From Macrostomum lignano (Eukaryota), in the NCBI GenBank assembly GCA_002269645.1, contig NIVC01001758.1:62001-126000 (forward strand): 64,000 bases of DNA. Reading direction: 5' to 3'. Shown piece by piece: positions 1 to 15,012 of the stretch. The translations under genes and the position numbers were made by a program. The notes below the pieces were generated by a model. That model did not search any database, was not told the origin of the DNA, and saw only the letters and a list, made by a program, of their open reading frames with translations. Numbering within the stretch: the first letter of the stretch is position 1; each line of letters opens with the position of its first letter.

Positions 1-1
1 C

Positions 2-213
2 TCCACCTGGGTTCGAGCTGATGCTGACACACGTGATCGATGCGCTGATGAAATTTGGAAGCTTGGCAAGGCTGCACTGAGGCGCAGTGCTGATTGGCGC
101 ACAGAGGTCGTACTGAATACACTGGCGTTTATGGGAAAAATCCGACCTTCTAGAAGAATCCTTGACTATCTCGACCGTCTGGAAAGCTGGCGACTTGATT
201 CTTGTTTGAGAAG
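2..213 (+). CDS. Possible internal coding exon of an unidentified gene entering from the left edge
   Basis: Frame 2 is open from base 2 (STWVRADADTRDRCADEIWKLGKAALRRSADWRTEVVLNTLAFMGKIRP...LR) and ends at a plausible AG|GTGCG donor where the composition turns AT-rich. No family recognised and no downstream exon resolved. Confidence 0.3.
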
Positions 214-867
214 GTGCGCAACAAAAATTCAGACCGGGTTCTTGAATTTTGTGTGCCTGCGTTATATCATCTACTTGAAACGATGCGTATTTACGACGTT
301 AATTCTGCAATACTTTATTAATTATAATTAAGAGTAGTATCGCTTCATACTACTAGAAAGTAGGCGCAAAAGAATTTATCTATAAAAGTAAAATCAATTA
401 GAGAAAAGTCTGCAACTGATTAATTCTCGATTAGCTGCAGCATTTCCAAAGTGAAGATCATTTGAGCGAATTTTTTTTCATCAGCAATGGGCATAGGTGA
501 CCGAGCACGGGTGACCCGGGTGTCCGGTTTCCACGTCAGTCGATGAGAGCCCCGGATGACATGCCGGATTGGCCATTCGCAAGTCGCCAGCCCGAATGTC
601 ATGAGAATTCCACGCTTGAGAAATTTTTTTCGGGATCAGTGTCTCGCGGCGGATTCGTCTGGCAAGGGGAGAACGGGGATCGGCTGCTGGCGACTCTGGG
701 GATGGGGCGGGTGCGAGCTGGCTGTTTTAATCCCAGAAACAAGAGCTTTCAATTAAGCACTCGGCTGCCGGCCTGCTGCAGAACGGCATGGGTGTGAGGG
801 ATGGGCGGGGACTGCAGCTGAGCTGGATTCAGAGTGAGCTGGGCGGACTGACAGCCAGACACCCAGC

Positions 868-1503
<636 letters not shown>

Positions 1504-2574
1504 CAGGAAAAACTAAGCCTAGAGACACTTATTAGGTAGAAAGACACTACCAAAGAGACAGACAGACCCTCACTGAAACAGACAGACCGGCAGGCAGACA
1601 CACAAGATATTAATTTGCATATTTATCTGGGAACAAAGTTGAACTCAGCGGCTCCCCAGACCAGAGCAAGCTTCAATCATCATGGAAAAACCCAACGGTG
1701 ATAACTTTTGCTACTCAAAAAAATATCTCAAACTTAGACCCGAGTGACAATTGAGAAAGTGACTGGCACTCGCGGTGTCTGAACGAGAATTTCCTAACGT
1801 TTTTACCCTGTTGCTACCCAGAGAGTCGAATTGCCTATTTAACTCCATGCCTTCTCTCGGCGGCGTCCATCCAGATCTGGCAGTTTCTCTCCAGCAAGAC
1901 TTAAGAGAGAGAGAAGGAGAGAGAGAGAGAGAGAGCGGGAGTGTGCCGGGGAGGCGGGCAGCCAGCGGGCGCTGATGCATTGATCGACTGGCCAAAACTT
2001 CTCCCATCCAGCCTTTTTAATATAAGTTTTCTTATACGAGTATTTTACTTTTTCTCCCGTCGTGTTGCCGGAGTGACCAGCGGAGCTTTTGAGGTCCCCA
2101 CCTGTCGCAAACACTTATACGGAGCGAGTGCGCGGGGGGGGGACCGGAGGGAGAAAAAACGTTAAGTGGTTTTGGGTTTCCTTGGAAATTAATTTTTTTA
2201 CCCTTCTCTTTCTGCTCTCCGCAGACTGGACTCCAGAATCCTTTCATTCATGTCAAAGTGATGGTGCCGCCGGATAAAGGTCTGGCCAGCGAAATCCCAA
2301 AATTGGGATTCGTTGCCATCCTTAGCGACGTAATCGATCGTTTGTTCAGATTTTGTCCCCCCCGAATAAAATTGGGAGAACTGCGGCAGAATGGGAATTG
2401 GGGGGTTGGTTTGTGTCGCAGAGAATTGTGTCATTTCAGACTGAATAGTCCACAAAGCAAGTGCTTTCCTGTGTTACGCCATTCTCGATGGTGTACATCA
2501 ATAAATACCAGTGCACTGTTTTAGATGTCACAGACAGATCAGGCTGTGTGCCAAACATTGGTAACAGACCCTAG

Positions 2575-2870
2575 AGAAGTGTAATGTGTCACAGTCCAGT
2601 GTAATCTGCTAAAAACCAGTGTAATGTGCTACAACCAGTGTAATGTGTTAAAATCCAGTGTAATGTGCTACAAACCAGTTTAATGTGTTACAAACCAGTG
2701 TAATGTGTTACAAACCAGTGTAATGTGTTACAAACCAGTGTAATGTGTTACAAACAGTGGAATGTGTTACAAACCAGTGTAATGTGTTTACAAACCAGTG
2801 TAATGTGTTACAAACCAGTGGAATGTGTTACAAACCAGTGCAATGTGTTACAATCCAGTGTAATGTGTCA
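2575..2870. repeat. 20-bp minisatellite CAAACCAGTGTAATGTGTTA
   Basis: About 14 tandem units visible. Confidence 0.93.
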
Positions 2871-3307
2871 CTGAGCACTCATAAATGTGACACTGTCTTT
2901 TAGAATGATTCTGTAACATGAGTATCTCTAAAATAACAGAATTAAGACTATTTTATTCAGAGGATAGCAAATGACATAGCAATGGAATCTAAAACGCATT
3001 TTTTTCGATATTCCTAGTAAAAATAATAGTTGTGACCCTTCCAGCTCAAATTGAACATTAATTTAGCCGGTGGTGCCTTGTCTGCGGAAATTATTGATTG
3101 GGTTCTATCAGCTCAATTAGCTGGCTGAAGCTTGCTCGAGGGGGTTCTGGCTGGCGATTAAACTGATTCGATATTCGACTCCCGAGCCTCGGTGCGAAGC
3201 GAATTTCAGTTTTGGAATTCGTGAATTATCCACGGTTCCTTTTACAGATTGTTCCTTTCATCGCGCTTGGTTGCACGATTATCTTCGAAATGTAATTCCA
3301 TTTTGTG

Positions 3308-3720
3308 AGCTTCATGAGGAATGTAATTGCGGCTTCATGGGGAGGCATTTGAGGCTTTATGAGGAATGTATTGAGGCTTCATGAGAAATGTAATTGAGGC
3401 TTTATGAGAAATGTAAGTGAGACATCATGAGGAATATAATTGAGGCTTCAAAAGGAATGTAATTGAGGCTTCATGAGGAATGTAATTGTGACTTTGTGAG
3501 GAATGTAATTGAGGCTTCATGAAGAAATGTAAGTGAGACATCATGAGGAATGTAATTGAGGCTTCATGAGGAATGTACTCAAGGCTTCACGAGGAATGTA
3601 TTTGAGGCTTCATGAGGAATGTGCTTGAAGCTTCATGAGGAATGTAACTGAGGTTTTCATGAAGAAGGCATCTGAGGCTTCATGAGAAATGTAATTGAGG
3701 CTTTATGAGGAATTTAATTG
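3308..3720. repeat. 23-bp minisatellite GAGGCTTCATGAGGAATGTAATT
   Basis: Degenerate tandem units visible. Confidence 0.92.
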
Positions 3721-4042
3721 ACTATATTGGAGCGTCTTCTGAAGGAAGGTATCAATCAGGTTTATTGTATTTTTGACTGCTTCTCGTAACGGCGACTCGT
3801 ATTTTCAACAGATGCGTGCGTCTGGCATTCGCTAATGCTTTTAGAACCCTCCCATTTGGAATGTGGGTCGAGTTTTTTGTCGGTGAATAGATAACAAAAT
3901 GTACTACAAAAGTTTTTTATTACCATCCCTAATGGAGCAAGTTGGTTGCCAACACTTCAGAAATACTGTTCGGGGTGTGGCTGTCAATAATTTGCCGAGT
4001 GCCGGCTTGCTGTTTGACTCGTGTGGTTTTTTCGGTTCTTTA

Positions 4043-4527
4043 CCTCTCCCCCCTCTCTCTCCCCCTCTCTCCCTCTCCCATCTCTCCCTTCCCCTCTATC
4101 TCCCTCCCCCTCTATCTCCCTCTCCCCTCTCTCCCTCCCCCTCTCTCTCCCTCCCCCTCTCTCCCTCCCTCTCCCCTCTCTCCCTCCCCTCTCTCTCCCC
4201 CCTCTCTCTCCTCTCCCCTCTCTCCCTCCCCCTCTCTCTCCCTCCCCCTCTCTCTCCCTCCCCTCTCTCTCCCTCCCTCTCCCCTCTCTCCCTCCCCTCT
4301 CTCTCCCTCCCCCTCTCTCTCCTCCCTCTCCCCTCTCTCCCTCCCCCTCTCTCTCCCTCCCCCTCTCTCTCCCTCTCCCCTCTCTCCCTCCCCTCTCTCT
4401 CCCTCTCCCCTCTCTCCCTCCCCCTCTCTCCCCTCTCCCCTCTCTCCCTCCCCTCTCTCTCTCCCTCCGCCTCTCTCTCTCTCCCTCCCTCCCCTCTCTC
4501 TTTCTCACCCCCCCTCTCTCTCTGTCT
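4043..4527. repeat. Polypyrimidine (C/T-only) low-complexity tract
   Basis: Almost exclusively C and T; it explains the PLSLP and ERG ORFs. Confidence 0.97.
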
Positions 4528-5627
4528 CACATAACATTGGCGAGCTACATATGCTTTTGTACAGCTGCTGGATGGTAATTTGCCGGCCAGGACGCTAACA
4601 GATCGCATTGATAGGAGTACCGAAGTGGCAGCACTTTTGTCTGTGTCAGCTTATATATATTTTTTTTGTAAAGTCCTTGCCTTCCCATGCCACTTGTGCG
4701 ACTTGGAGACTGCTGCTCAGCCATCCTGGCCTTGGAGTGACGAGCAGATCGAATCCGCGTTGGGCTTGAATTAAAGTGCAGATAGAGAGGGGCCTGTTGC
4801 TGAGGTGTCTGCCCGGGACCCGATAGTCAATAAGACATGACAACCGGCTGCCTTTAACATTCTTATTAAGTCCTAATTTGCAATACAAATTCTGTGGTCA
4901 GGGTCAAAGTTTGAATTAAATTGATTGACAGATCTCTGATAGCTCGCAGGGGGCGGTTAATTCGACTCTACTATGCTAGTACAAATGCAAATTCAATCTT
5001 TCAGAGTGTACAGAACAGCACAATGACATTCCTATCTGTGCTCAGAACCGACCCCCCCATGATTTTATGGCCCAGCTATTTTAGACAATATATGTGCCTC
5101 GCTCTTGGGCCAAATTCGAGCCTTTTCTAACTGGTGTATGCTCAGGCGGCTGAGGCGCCAGAGGTGCGCAGTACTCTCTATTTATATGAAGGAAGGCCAG
5201 CTAGCAAGCATTGCCTGCAAGATAAGCTGTAGGTCTGTTCTGTCTGTCTCTTCTCAGGAGCCTATTGCGTCTCCCAGAGACAGCGGGAACCAGCCAACCA
5301 GAGCTGGAGCGAGAGGGAGAGGGAGGGGGCCTCTGGTATACGAAATCGCAAAAGCAAGAAGGAAACACACGCCGAGCAGTTGTAGAAAAGAAATTTTTAG
5401 ACCAGCTCGCCTGCCTAAAAAGGCAAAGGATTGAACGAGGAGAAAGCTCTTCGTAATTCCCCTTTTTTCACCGCCGCTTTCAATTTCTCTTCCGGCGCCG
5501 ATTCCCTGGCCGGCTCTTTTGTTTTCCTGACTCGGTTTTTTCAAGCCTTCCCTTTTTAGTAAGTCTATCCCGACCTCCCTCTAGAGGGCAGAGTTGGAGG
5601 GCAGTTGCCCACGCTGAGCTGCAGAAG

Positions 5628-8231
5628 ATGCGGCGGTTTCTGTTGCTGCAGTTGCTGCTGCATGCCATCGGTAGCGGAATTGTTGAATGTCTAGACGCTT
5701 CCAGCTGCGCCTGGCGTCACTGTCAGGATGTGGTTGTCTCCGATGCTCAGCCTAGATTGCCTGCCGTCGGCGCCTCCTCCGCCCGCTTCGCGGCTGTGTC
5801 AGTGCATCGCTGCTGGCTGCCGCCTTCGCCGACACCGCCAAAATCGGTGACATCAGCCAGCAGCTGCGACCTGCCAGCCGGTCTGTCTTCGCCAGCCCAG
5901 GTGGGCCGCTTCAGCCTGACCCGAGCTGGCCTGACTGCCCTGCCGCTGACCGACCTCTGTCGGCTGTTTCCCAGCCTGACAGAGCTGGACCTGTCTGACA
6001 ACAGCATCGCTGACGGCGCGACCTCCGAGCCGCGGACTGCGGACTCCTGCCAGCTGAGTCAGCTGCGTTGGCTAAGCCTGCGCGCTAACAAGCTCAATCA
6101 GCTTGACCTGGCCAACTACCTGGAACGATTCCCCAGCCTGGAGCAGCTGGACGTGTCCGAAAATGTTGGCCTGGAGTGGCTCTTCATCAGCCGGCTCATG
6201 CCGGAGCGCCAGTTCCGTTTGAAGAAGCTGAACGTCGCCAGCAGCGGCCTGAAGCGGGTGGACATGTCGCTGGTGCGGCTGGTCAGCCTGCAAGATGTGA
6301 ACCTGAGTGGCAACCGCCTGGCCGAGGTCACCAACCGGCTCAACTGGGTGTGGACGACCTCCGATGTCCGAGCCATTGAGCGCCAACGCGACAGAAGGCG
6401 GCTGGAGGACGCGAGCTACTATGTGCGCCTGTCCGTGCTGCTGCTACACAACCAGTTCGGGCCTGAAGCCTTCGGCCCCAACCGGCTCTGGGGCCTCCCC
6501 ATGCCCGACATTGGCCCGGCCAAGCGACAGGCTGACGCAGTTGTCAACCAGCTGAAGCGATTTCGCGACGCCTTCCAGTCGTTTGTGGACATTGACAACT
6601 CTGGCAGCACTGTGGCCTGCGACTGCCGGCTACAGCACGCGTGGCGCTTCCTCCGCGCGGTGTACTCCGACCCGCGGGAGTTCTCCAAGAGAAACGCGCT
6701 GTCCCTGGACTACTGGACCAGCCTGCCCTGCTTCGGGCAGCCCGCCTGGCGAACCGTCCTGAGCCTGAATGAGACCGACTTGGTCTGCCGGCACGCGGCC
6801 GCTTGTCCGATTGGCTGCTCCTGTCTGGAGACCGTGCGACCTCCCGGACTCACAGTCGACTGCGAAGGCGCCGGCCTCACCAAGTTGCCGCAGCTGCTGC
6901 CGGTCAGCGTGCACGGCAGCCTGTACGAGTTGCGGCTGACAAGAAACTCGATCGCCGACCTCAGCGAAGTCAGCGACGAGGCCGCGTCCTTGGCGCCGCT
7001 CGTGCAAGGCCTGGATCTGAGCTACAACGCTTTGACAGCTGACACAGATTTCTCCCCCCTGGCTCGCTTCACCGCTCTGCGCTGGCTGAACATCACCGGC
7101 AATCCCATGCGGGACCTGCCAGACTCGCTGCTCAACCTCACTGCTCAGCGCAGCCGGCCACGCCTGCTGTTCACCGGCCAGGGCTTCGTGTGCTCCTGCG
7201 GCCTGTTTCAGCCGGCTAAGTGGAGCCAGGTCCGCGCCGCGCTGGCCAACTATCGGGACGTGCAGTGCGACAGCGAGACTGGCGAGCGGATGCGCTCTTT
7301 GCTGGAGTACCGACACAGGTACTGCCCGGCCAGGTACAACTCCACCTCAGTGGTGTACCGCGAGCGCCACGTGGTCAACCAGTCTGTTGTGATCGGAGTC
7401 GGCATCGTGTCCGGAGCCCTGGTGGCAGTTCTGTTCCTCATCACTCTGGTTGTCGTGCTCACCAACCTGGCTAGAAGGCGTCGGCGCCAGCGTCCACCAG
7501 CAGCCGTCGTGGCCGGTCGGCACCGAGCGCTGGAATCGTCGGCCGCTGCACAGGCGGCTGCCGACATCGCGGCTTCTTCAACAGCCGCCTCGGCCGCGTC
7601 GCCTCTAGTCGGCGTCCTGTGCGCCTCATCGGCCGGCGGCGCCAAATGCCAGCAGTGCCGGGACCAGACTCTGCAGCGGCTGCTGCAGCACCGGCCAGAC
7701 TTCGTGCCGCCTCCCCTCCGAGTAGGCATCCCGCCGGACCTGGTGCCCTCCGCCGGGTCGCCCTACGACATTCCGCGCTACGTGGACTTCGATCGGTTTG
7801 CTCGGAACAGCCGCTCGGCTATGAAGACTTCGCACAGCGGCAGCTGCAGCAGCGACGACATCGACAGCAGCGACGCGTCTTGCGGTGCCAACGATGGCGG
7901 CAGCGGCGGAATCAGCATGCAGGAGACAACGCAGCTGCACCAGGAGCAGCGGCAGCGATCGCTGGCCTCCTGCGATAGCCGACGGCATCGAAAGCGGAGA
8001 CGCAGGCGATGCCAGCAGCAGCAGCAGCATCAACGGCGCAGTCTTCAGTCTCTGCAGCAGCCGCCGCCGCCTCCGCTGCCGCCGCCCAGGTTAACAACGG
8101 CGCCGCCGCTGCCCCCGCTACCATCGACAGGTGGCGGCAGTCTGATCGCTATTCCGCCGTGCGCAAAGTACACCTGCATCGGTGGCGACTGCGGAAGCGG
8201 AGCTGTTGGTGGCGTGGAAACGGACGTCTGA
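5628..8231 (+). CDS. Single-exon LRR single-pass transmembrane protein (867 aa) with a multiple-cysteine-cluster Toll-like ectodomain and no TIR domain
   Basis: Signal peptide MRRFLLLQLLLHAIGSG; LRRs (LTELDLSDNSI, LRWLSLRANKL, LEQLDVSENV, LQDVNLSGNRL); LRRCT (ACDCRL...LPC...DLVC) followed directly by LRRNT (CPIGCSC...VDCEGAGLTKLP); more LRRs; a second LRRCT (FVCSC...VQC...YC); TM segment VVIGVGIVSGALVAVLFLITLVVVL with an RRRRR stop-transfer; low-complexity tail. Confidence 0.9.
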   Translation: MRRFLLLQLLLHAIGSGIVECLDASSCAWRHCQDVVVSDAQPRLPAVGASSARFAAVSVHRCWLPPSPTPPKSVTSASSCDLPAGLSSPAQVGRFSLTRAGLTALPLTDLCRLFPSLTELDLSDNSIADGATSEPRTADSCQLSQLRWLSLRANKLNQLDLANYLERFPSLEQLDVSENVGLEWLFISRLMPERQFRLKKLNVASSGLKRVDMSLVRLVSLQDVNLSGNRLAEVTNRLNWVWTTSDVRAIERQRDRRRLEDASYYVRLSVLLLHNQFGPEAFGPNRLWGLPMPDIGPAKRQADAVVNQLKRFRDAFQSFVDIDNSGSTVACDCRLQHAWRFLRAVYSDPREFSKRNALSLDYWTSLPCFGQPAWRTVLSLNETDLVCRHAAACPIGCSCLETVRPPGLTVDCEGAGLTKLPQLLPVSVHGSLYELRLTRNSIADLSEVSDEAASLAPLVQGLDLSYNALTADTDFSPLARFTALRWLNITGNPMRDLPDSLLNLTAQRSRPRLLFTGQGFVCSCGLFQPAKWSQVRAALANYRDVQCDSETGERMRSLLEYRHRYCPARYNSTSVVYRERHVVNQSVVIGVGIVSGALVAVLFLITLVVVLTNLARRRRRQRPPAAVVAGRHRALESSAAAQAAADIAASSTAASAASPLVGVLCASSAGGAKCQQCRDQTLQRLLQHRPDFVPPPLRVGIPPDLVPSAGSPYDIPRYVDFDRFARNSRSAMKTSHSGSCSSDDIDSSDASCGANDGGSGGISMQETTQLHQEQRQRSLASCDSRRHRKRRRRRCQQQQQHQRRSLQSLQQPPPPPLPPPRLTTAPPLPPLPSTGGGSLIAIPPCAKYTCIGGDCGSGAVGGVETDV

Positions 8232-8242
8232 CAGTCGCCAGC

Positions 8243-8500
8243 GCGACCTGTCTAAGAGCAGGTGGACTCAACTTGACCTGTCTAAGAGCGGGTGGACTCA
8301 ACATGACCTGTCTAAGAGCGGGTGGACATGACATGACCTGTCTAAGAGCGGGTGGACATGACATGACCTGTCTAAGAGCGGGTGGACATGACATGACCTG
8401 TCTAAGAGCGGGTGGACATGACATGACCTGTCTAAGAAACATGGGTTGACATGACCTGTCTAAAAACGGGTTAGCATGACCTGTCTAAGAGCGGGTGGAC
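8243..8500. repeat. 30-bp minisatellite GACCTGTCTAAGAGCGGGTGGACATGACAT just 3-prime of the LRR gene
   Basis: About 8 units visible. Confidence 0.93.
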
Positions 8501-9374
8501 ACCCGTTTGCATGGCGGAAGCGAGAGTCGAACATCTGCGGGAACTTTTGGTCCAATTTGCGAGCGAAACGGCAGTTCGATTCCACTCGGCTCGGCTTCCC
8601 TTTTGCCCACCGCCCCCCTAGGGGATACTTCCTCCTCCCATCAAAAGCCGCGCTTGTTAGCGTGTTGTTGGACCCCCCGAGTTTTGCTCCCTTGTCGTTT
8701 CCCCCCCCCTCTAAATTTTTTAAGCCACACCGCGCCCTGAAGTTGTTCGAAACCGGGGGTACTCAGTTTTTCTGTGTGCATCTGCTAGTAGCAGAAATTG
8801 CATTTCTTTTGCAATGTTATAAGACTTACTTCCCCATTTTGGCAGAGTAAATAAAGCCACTATTATTTAAACTTTCTTTAATGTCCTGCTGTAAAATACT
8901 AATTATATTCTCTGCCTGAAACTGGCTTCAGTTTCTCTATTACTAAGCTGCTTTGTAAACTTGTTCCAATAATTGTATCCAATAATTAGCACAAATTCTG
9001 CTGGGCAAAGAAATACAAACGCATTCTGATCAAATTGTTGCTGCTGATATTTCAGATGCACCAAGGAGGATGAGAACGGAGGGCAGCTGCTGCGGGTCAT
9101 TGATTGAGCCAGAGTGCCTGCTCCATCGTGTTCAATTATAAGGGCAAGCTGGGGGGCGGGTTGGAGATCCCCGAGCATCACTCTAGAATGGGGGGCAGAG
9201 CAGAGCTATAAAGCAAATGACTGATCCGAACTGCGATCGGTCTGCCGACTTCAGGCTGATCCTTTTTCTCGGGCTGTGGAACTTTAGTTATGTGTACTTG
9301 TAGCCCTGTTAGGGTCTTTTGCTTGTTGGAACTTTGTCTTTTGAAAATGAGGCAGTTAGAGTAGGGTGACATCC

Positions 9375-9850
9375 TTCGTGGGGAACTTTCTGGAATTTGC
9401 TGAGATCCTTCATGGGGTATTTTAGTGAATTTGCTGAGATCCTTCACGGGGTATTTTGGGGAATTTTGCTGAGATCCTTCATGGGGTATTTTGTGAAATT
9501 TACTGAGATCATTCATGGGGTATTTTTTGGAATTTGCTGAAATTCTTCATGTGGTATTTTGAGGAATTTTCTGAGATCCTTCATGGGGTATTTTGGGGAA
9601 GTTTCTGAGATCATTCATGGGGTATTTTAGGGAAACTTCTGAGATCCTTCATGGGGTATTTTGAGGAAGTTTCTGAGATCCTTCATGGGGTATTTTGGGG
9701 AAGTTTCTGAGATCCTTCATGGGGCATTTTGGAGAATTTGCTTTTACTCTTCATGGTTTTTTGGGGAGTTTTCTGAGATTCTTCATAGGCCATTGTGAGG
9801 AATTTGCGGTTACCCTTCATGGGGTATTTTGGGGAAATTGCTGAAATACT
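9375..9850. repeat. 34-bp minisatellite CTGAGATCCTTCATGGGGTATTTTGAGGAAGTTT
   Basis: Degenerate tandem units visible. Confidence 0.9.
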
Positions 9851-10294
9851 TCACGAAGAATTTCAGAGTGTCGCTAAGATATTTCAGGGGGGGGGTATTT
9901 TTCGGAGTGTCGCTAAGATCCTTTATTCTACGGTTTTCTATTTTAAGAAAAATGAGTTATTTCAATACTCCAGCATCCAGCATGATGAAGTTCAGTTTGA
10001 TATGGAGCACTTAAATCTATCCGTTAGGGAAGCAGCGCGTGAGCAGGGCTCAGACTACTGCGATGGGGTCTAACAGGTCGAGCATAAAAACGATTTCGAA
10101 TACTAAGAGCATTTAATTCCATCGCTCTGGTGATTCCCGTGGTACGGGCGGTCATCACAGGATTGCGTGATGGGCTTGAACGGAACCTCAGATCAGCTCA
10201 AACTGTGTTGGTATCTGGGAAATAGTAAAGTTTAAATAAACTGTATAGCATTGTGAAGCAGACGGCCTGCCCGAACTCCCTGCTCTCGAGAATT

Positions 10295-11772
10295 CGATGA
10301 TGAGAGACGATGAGATATGAAATCAGACACAATGAGAAATGAAATCCGAGACGATGAGAAATGAAATCTGACACGATGAGATATGAAATCAGAGACGATG
10401 AGAAATGAAATTAGAGACGATGAGAAATGAAATCCGAGACGATGAGAAATGAAATCTGACACGATGTGATATGAAATGAGAGACAATGAGAAATTCGATG
10501 AGAGACGATGAGAAATGAAATCAGACACGATGAGAAATGAAATCAGACACGATGAGAAATGAAATCAGAGACGATGAGAAATGAAGTCAGACACGATGAG
10601 AAATGAAATCAGACACGATGAGAAATGAAATCAGAGACGATGAGAAATGAAATCAGACACGATGAGAAATGAAATCAGAGACGATGAGAAATGAAATCAG
10701 ACACGATGAGAAATGAAATCAGACACGATGAGAAATGAAATCAGAGACGATGAGAAATGAAATCAGACACGATGAGAAATGAAATCAGACACGATGAGAA
10801 ATGAAATCAGAGACGATGAGAAATGAAGTCAGACACGATGAGAAATGAAATCAGACACGATGAGAAATGAAATCAGAGACGATGAGAAATGAAATCAGAC
10901 ACGATGAGAAATGAAATCAGACACGATGAGAAATGAAATCAGAGACGATGAGAAATGAAGTCAGACACGATGAGAAATGAAATCAGACACGATGAGAAAT
11001 GAAATCAGACACGATGAGAAATGAAATCTGACACGATGAGAAATGAAATCAGAGACGATGAGAAATGAAGTCAGACACGATGAGAAATGAAATCTGACAC
11101 GATGAGAAATGAAATCAGGCACGATGAGAAATTAAATCAGAGGCGATGAGAAATGAAATCCGAGACGATGAGAAATGAAATCTGGCACGATGAAATATGA
11201 AATGAGAGACAATGAGAAATTCGATGAGACACGATGAGAAATGAAATCAGAGACGATGAGAAATGAAATCAGAGATGATGAGAAATGAAATCAGAGACGA
11301 TGAGAAATGAAATCAGAGATGATGAGAAATGAAATCAGAGACGATGAGAAATGAAATCTGACACGATGAGAAATGAAATCAGAGACGATGAGAAATGAAA
11401 TCAGAGATGATGAGAAATGAAATCAGAGACGATGAGAAATGAAATCTGACACGATGAGAAATGAAATCAGAGACGATGAGAAATGAAATCAGACAAGATG
11501 AGAAATGAAATCAGACACGATGAGAAATGAAATCAGACAAGATGAGAAATGAAATCAGAGACGATGAGAAATGAAATCAGACACGATGAGAAATGAAATC
11601 AGGCACGATGAGAAATGAAATCAGACACGATGAGAAATGAAAAATCTGACACGATGAGAAATGAAATCAGACACGATGAGAAATGAAATCAGACACGATG
11701 AGAAATTAAATCGGGCACGATGAGAAATGAAATCAGGCACGATGAGAAATTAAATCAGAGGCGATGAGAAAT
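10295..11772. repeat. 22-bp minisatellite GACACGATGAGAAATGAAATCA
   Basis: More than 60 units visible. Confidence 0.97.
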
Positions 11773-12486
11773 ACTGTGAGAAGTGATGGATGTTAAGAAA
11801 TATTGCTGAGAAATGCGATGAGAAATAGTGAGAGAAATTAGAGGCACTGAGCAGAACAGACGCAAATATCTGTTGAGTCAACAAAGTCACATTTTCTGCA
11901 ATTTAAATTTAAATTTCAGCTCGGACAAAAATAGCCAAATAAACTGGACAGCTGTAACCCGATGTGACAACCCTGCCTCAAGGGTCCGAAGGGTTGAGCA
12001 ATTCGAAGAGTCTATGCGCAAACCCTATTTGATGCTATCGACTGTCTATCAGATCGATACTAGCTAGCATCAGTGATTAAAAAAGCACTATCGATTGATT
12101 TCTTGTCTTTCAAATCCCGCTCGCTACTGTATCTGGGAAAGTTTGCAGGGCCGGCGAGAATTTGCATCCCCCCAGTGTACCGTAGCAGCCAGGCTCCTCC
12201 GGGCGACATCAATCTGAGTAAGCCCCGAGGGGACTTGAACGCAAAGCAAAACTTCTAGCAAAACTTCAAGCGTTGGATATCATTGGTATGCGGACCGGGG
12301 GCTCTTGTGTGAGCGACTCAAGCGGCGAAGGCAGAAGTGCAGACAGACATGTGTTGCCGGCTTGAGACTGAGCCATTTTCAGCTAATTTGATGGCTGCGT
12401 GCGCGAAATCGAGACTATGATAATGGGAATAAGACAGATTCAAGTGCTGCGCTCCGCTAAGGATGATTTATGCAGAATATTTGCTA

Positions 12487-13404
12487 TGTTTGTGTATTAG
12501 TGAGGGGTATGTTTGTGTATTAGTGAGGGGTATATTTGTGTATTAGTGAGGGGTATATTTGTGTATTAGTGTGGGATATATTTGTGTATTAGTGAGGGAT
12601 AGATTTGTGTATTAGTGTGGGATATATTTGTGTATTAGTGTGGGATATATTTGTGTATTAGTGTGGGATATATTTGTGTTTTAGTGAGGGATAGATTTGT
12701 GTATTAGTGTGGGATAGATTTGTGTATTAGTGTGGGATATATTTGTGTATTAGTGTGGGATATATTTGTGTATTAGTGTGGGATATATTTGTGTATTAGT
12801 GTGGGATAGATTTGTGTATTAGTGTGGGATATATTTGTGTATTAGTGTGGGATAGATTTGTGTATTAGTGTGGGATATATTTGTGTATTAGTGTGGGATA
12901 GATTTGTGTATTAGTGTGGGATAGATTTGTGTATTAGTGTGGGATAGATTTGTGTATTAGTGTGGGATAGATTTGTGTATTAGTGTGGGATATATTTGTG
13001 TATTAGTGTGGGATATATTTGTGTATTAGTGTGGGATATATTTGTGTATTAGTGTGGGATAGATTTGTGTATTAGTGTGGGATAGATTTGTGTATTAGTG
13101 TGGGATAGTGTATTTGTGTATTAGTGTGGGATAGATTTGTGTATTAGTGTGGGATAGATTTGTGTATTAGTGTGGGATAGTGTATTTGTGTATTTTGTGT
13201 ATTAGTGTGGGAGTGGATAGATTTGTGTATTAGTGTGGGATAGATTTGTGTATTAGTGTGGGATAGATTTGTGTATTAGTGTGGGATAGATTTGTGTATT
13301 AGTGTGGGATAGATTTGTGTATTAGTGTGGGATAGATTTGTGTATTAGTGTGGGATAGATTTGTGTATTAGTGTGGGAGATATTTGTGTATTAGTGTGGG
13401 AGAT
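12487..13404. repeat. 23-bp minisatellite TTTGTGTATTAGTGTGGGATAGA
   Basis: About 39 units visible. Confidence 0.97.
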
Positions 13405-13746
13405 ATACAGGCGTGTCATTCCATTGTCACAGAGCAAACAATATCCAGTAAAAAATGTGCCGATGCCGCTGAGAAAGTGTGTGGGAGGGCTCGAAAGCAA
13501 AAAATACTTGCAGAGAGGGAAATCCGAGCCGCTTGAAAAACGGCTCTGAGGCAGTAAAGGAAGCGTTGATTTCAACATTTTTCTCTCGGCTTAACCAGGG
13601 ATTCGCAGGTGTGGCGCCACTGCGTTGTCTCCCTGTGAGAGCTTTTTGAAACCGAGAGCCTGAAAGGAATGCAAAAAATCTGCACCAGCACCTGCAAATA
13701 TTTGATGGGAACTGGGTAGCGAGCGATGAGGCAACTGGCAACTGGA

Positions 13747-15012
<1,266 letters not shown>

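Noticed and set aside
3899-4608. Pro/Leu/Ser-rich and Glu/Arg/Gly-rich ORFs
   Set aside because: Products of the C/T-only tract.
10295-11772. CRISPR-like appearance of this and the other regular arrays
   Set aside because: Units are contiguous with no unique spacers, there are no cas genes, and the context is eukaryotic.
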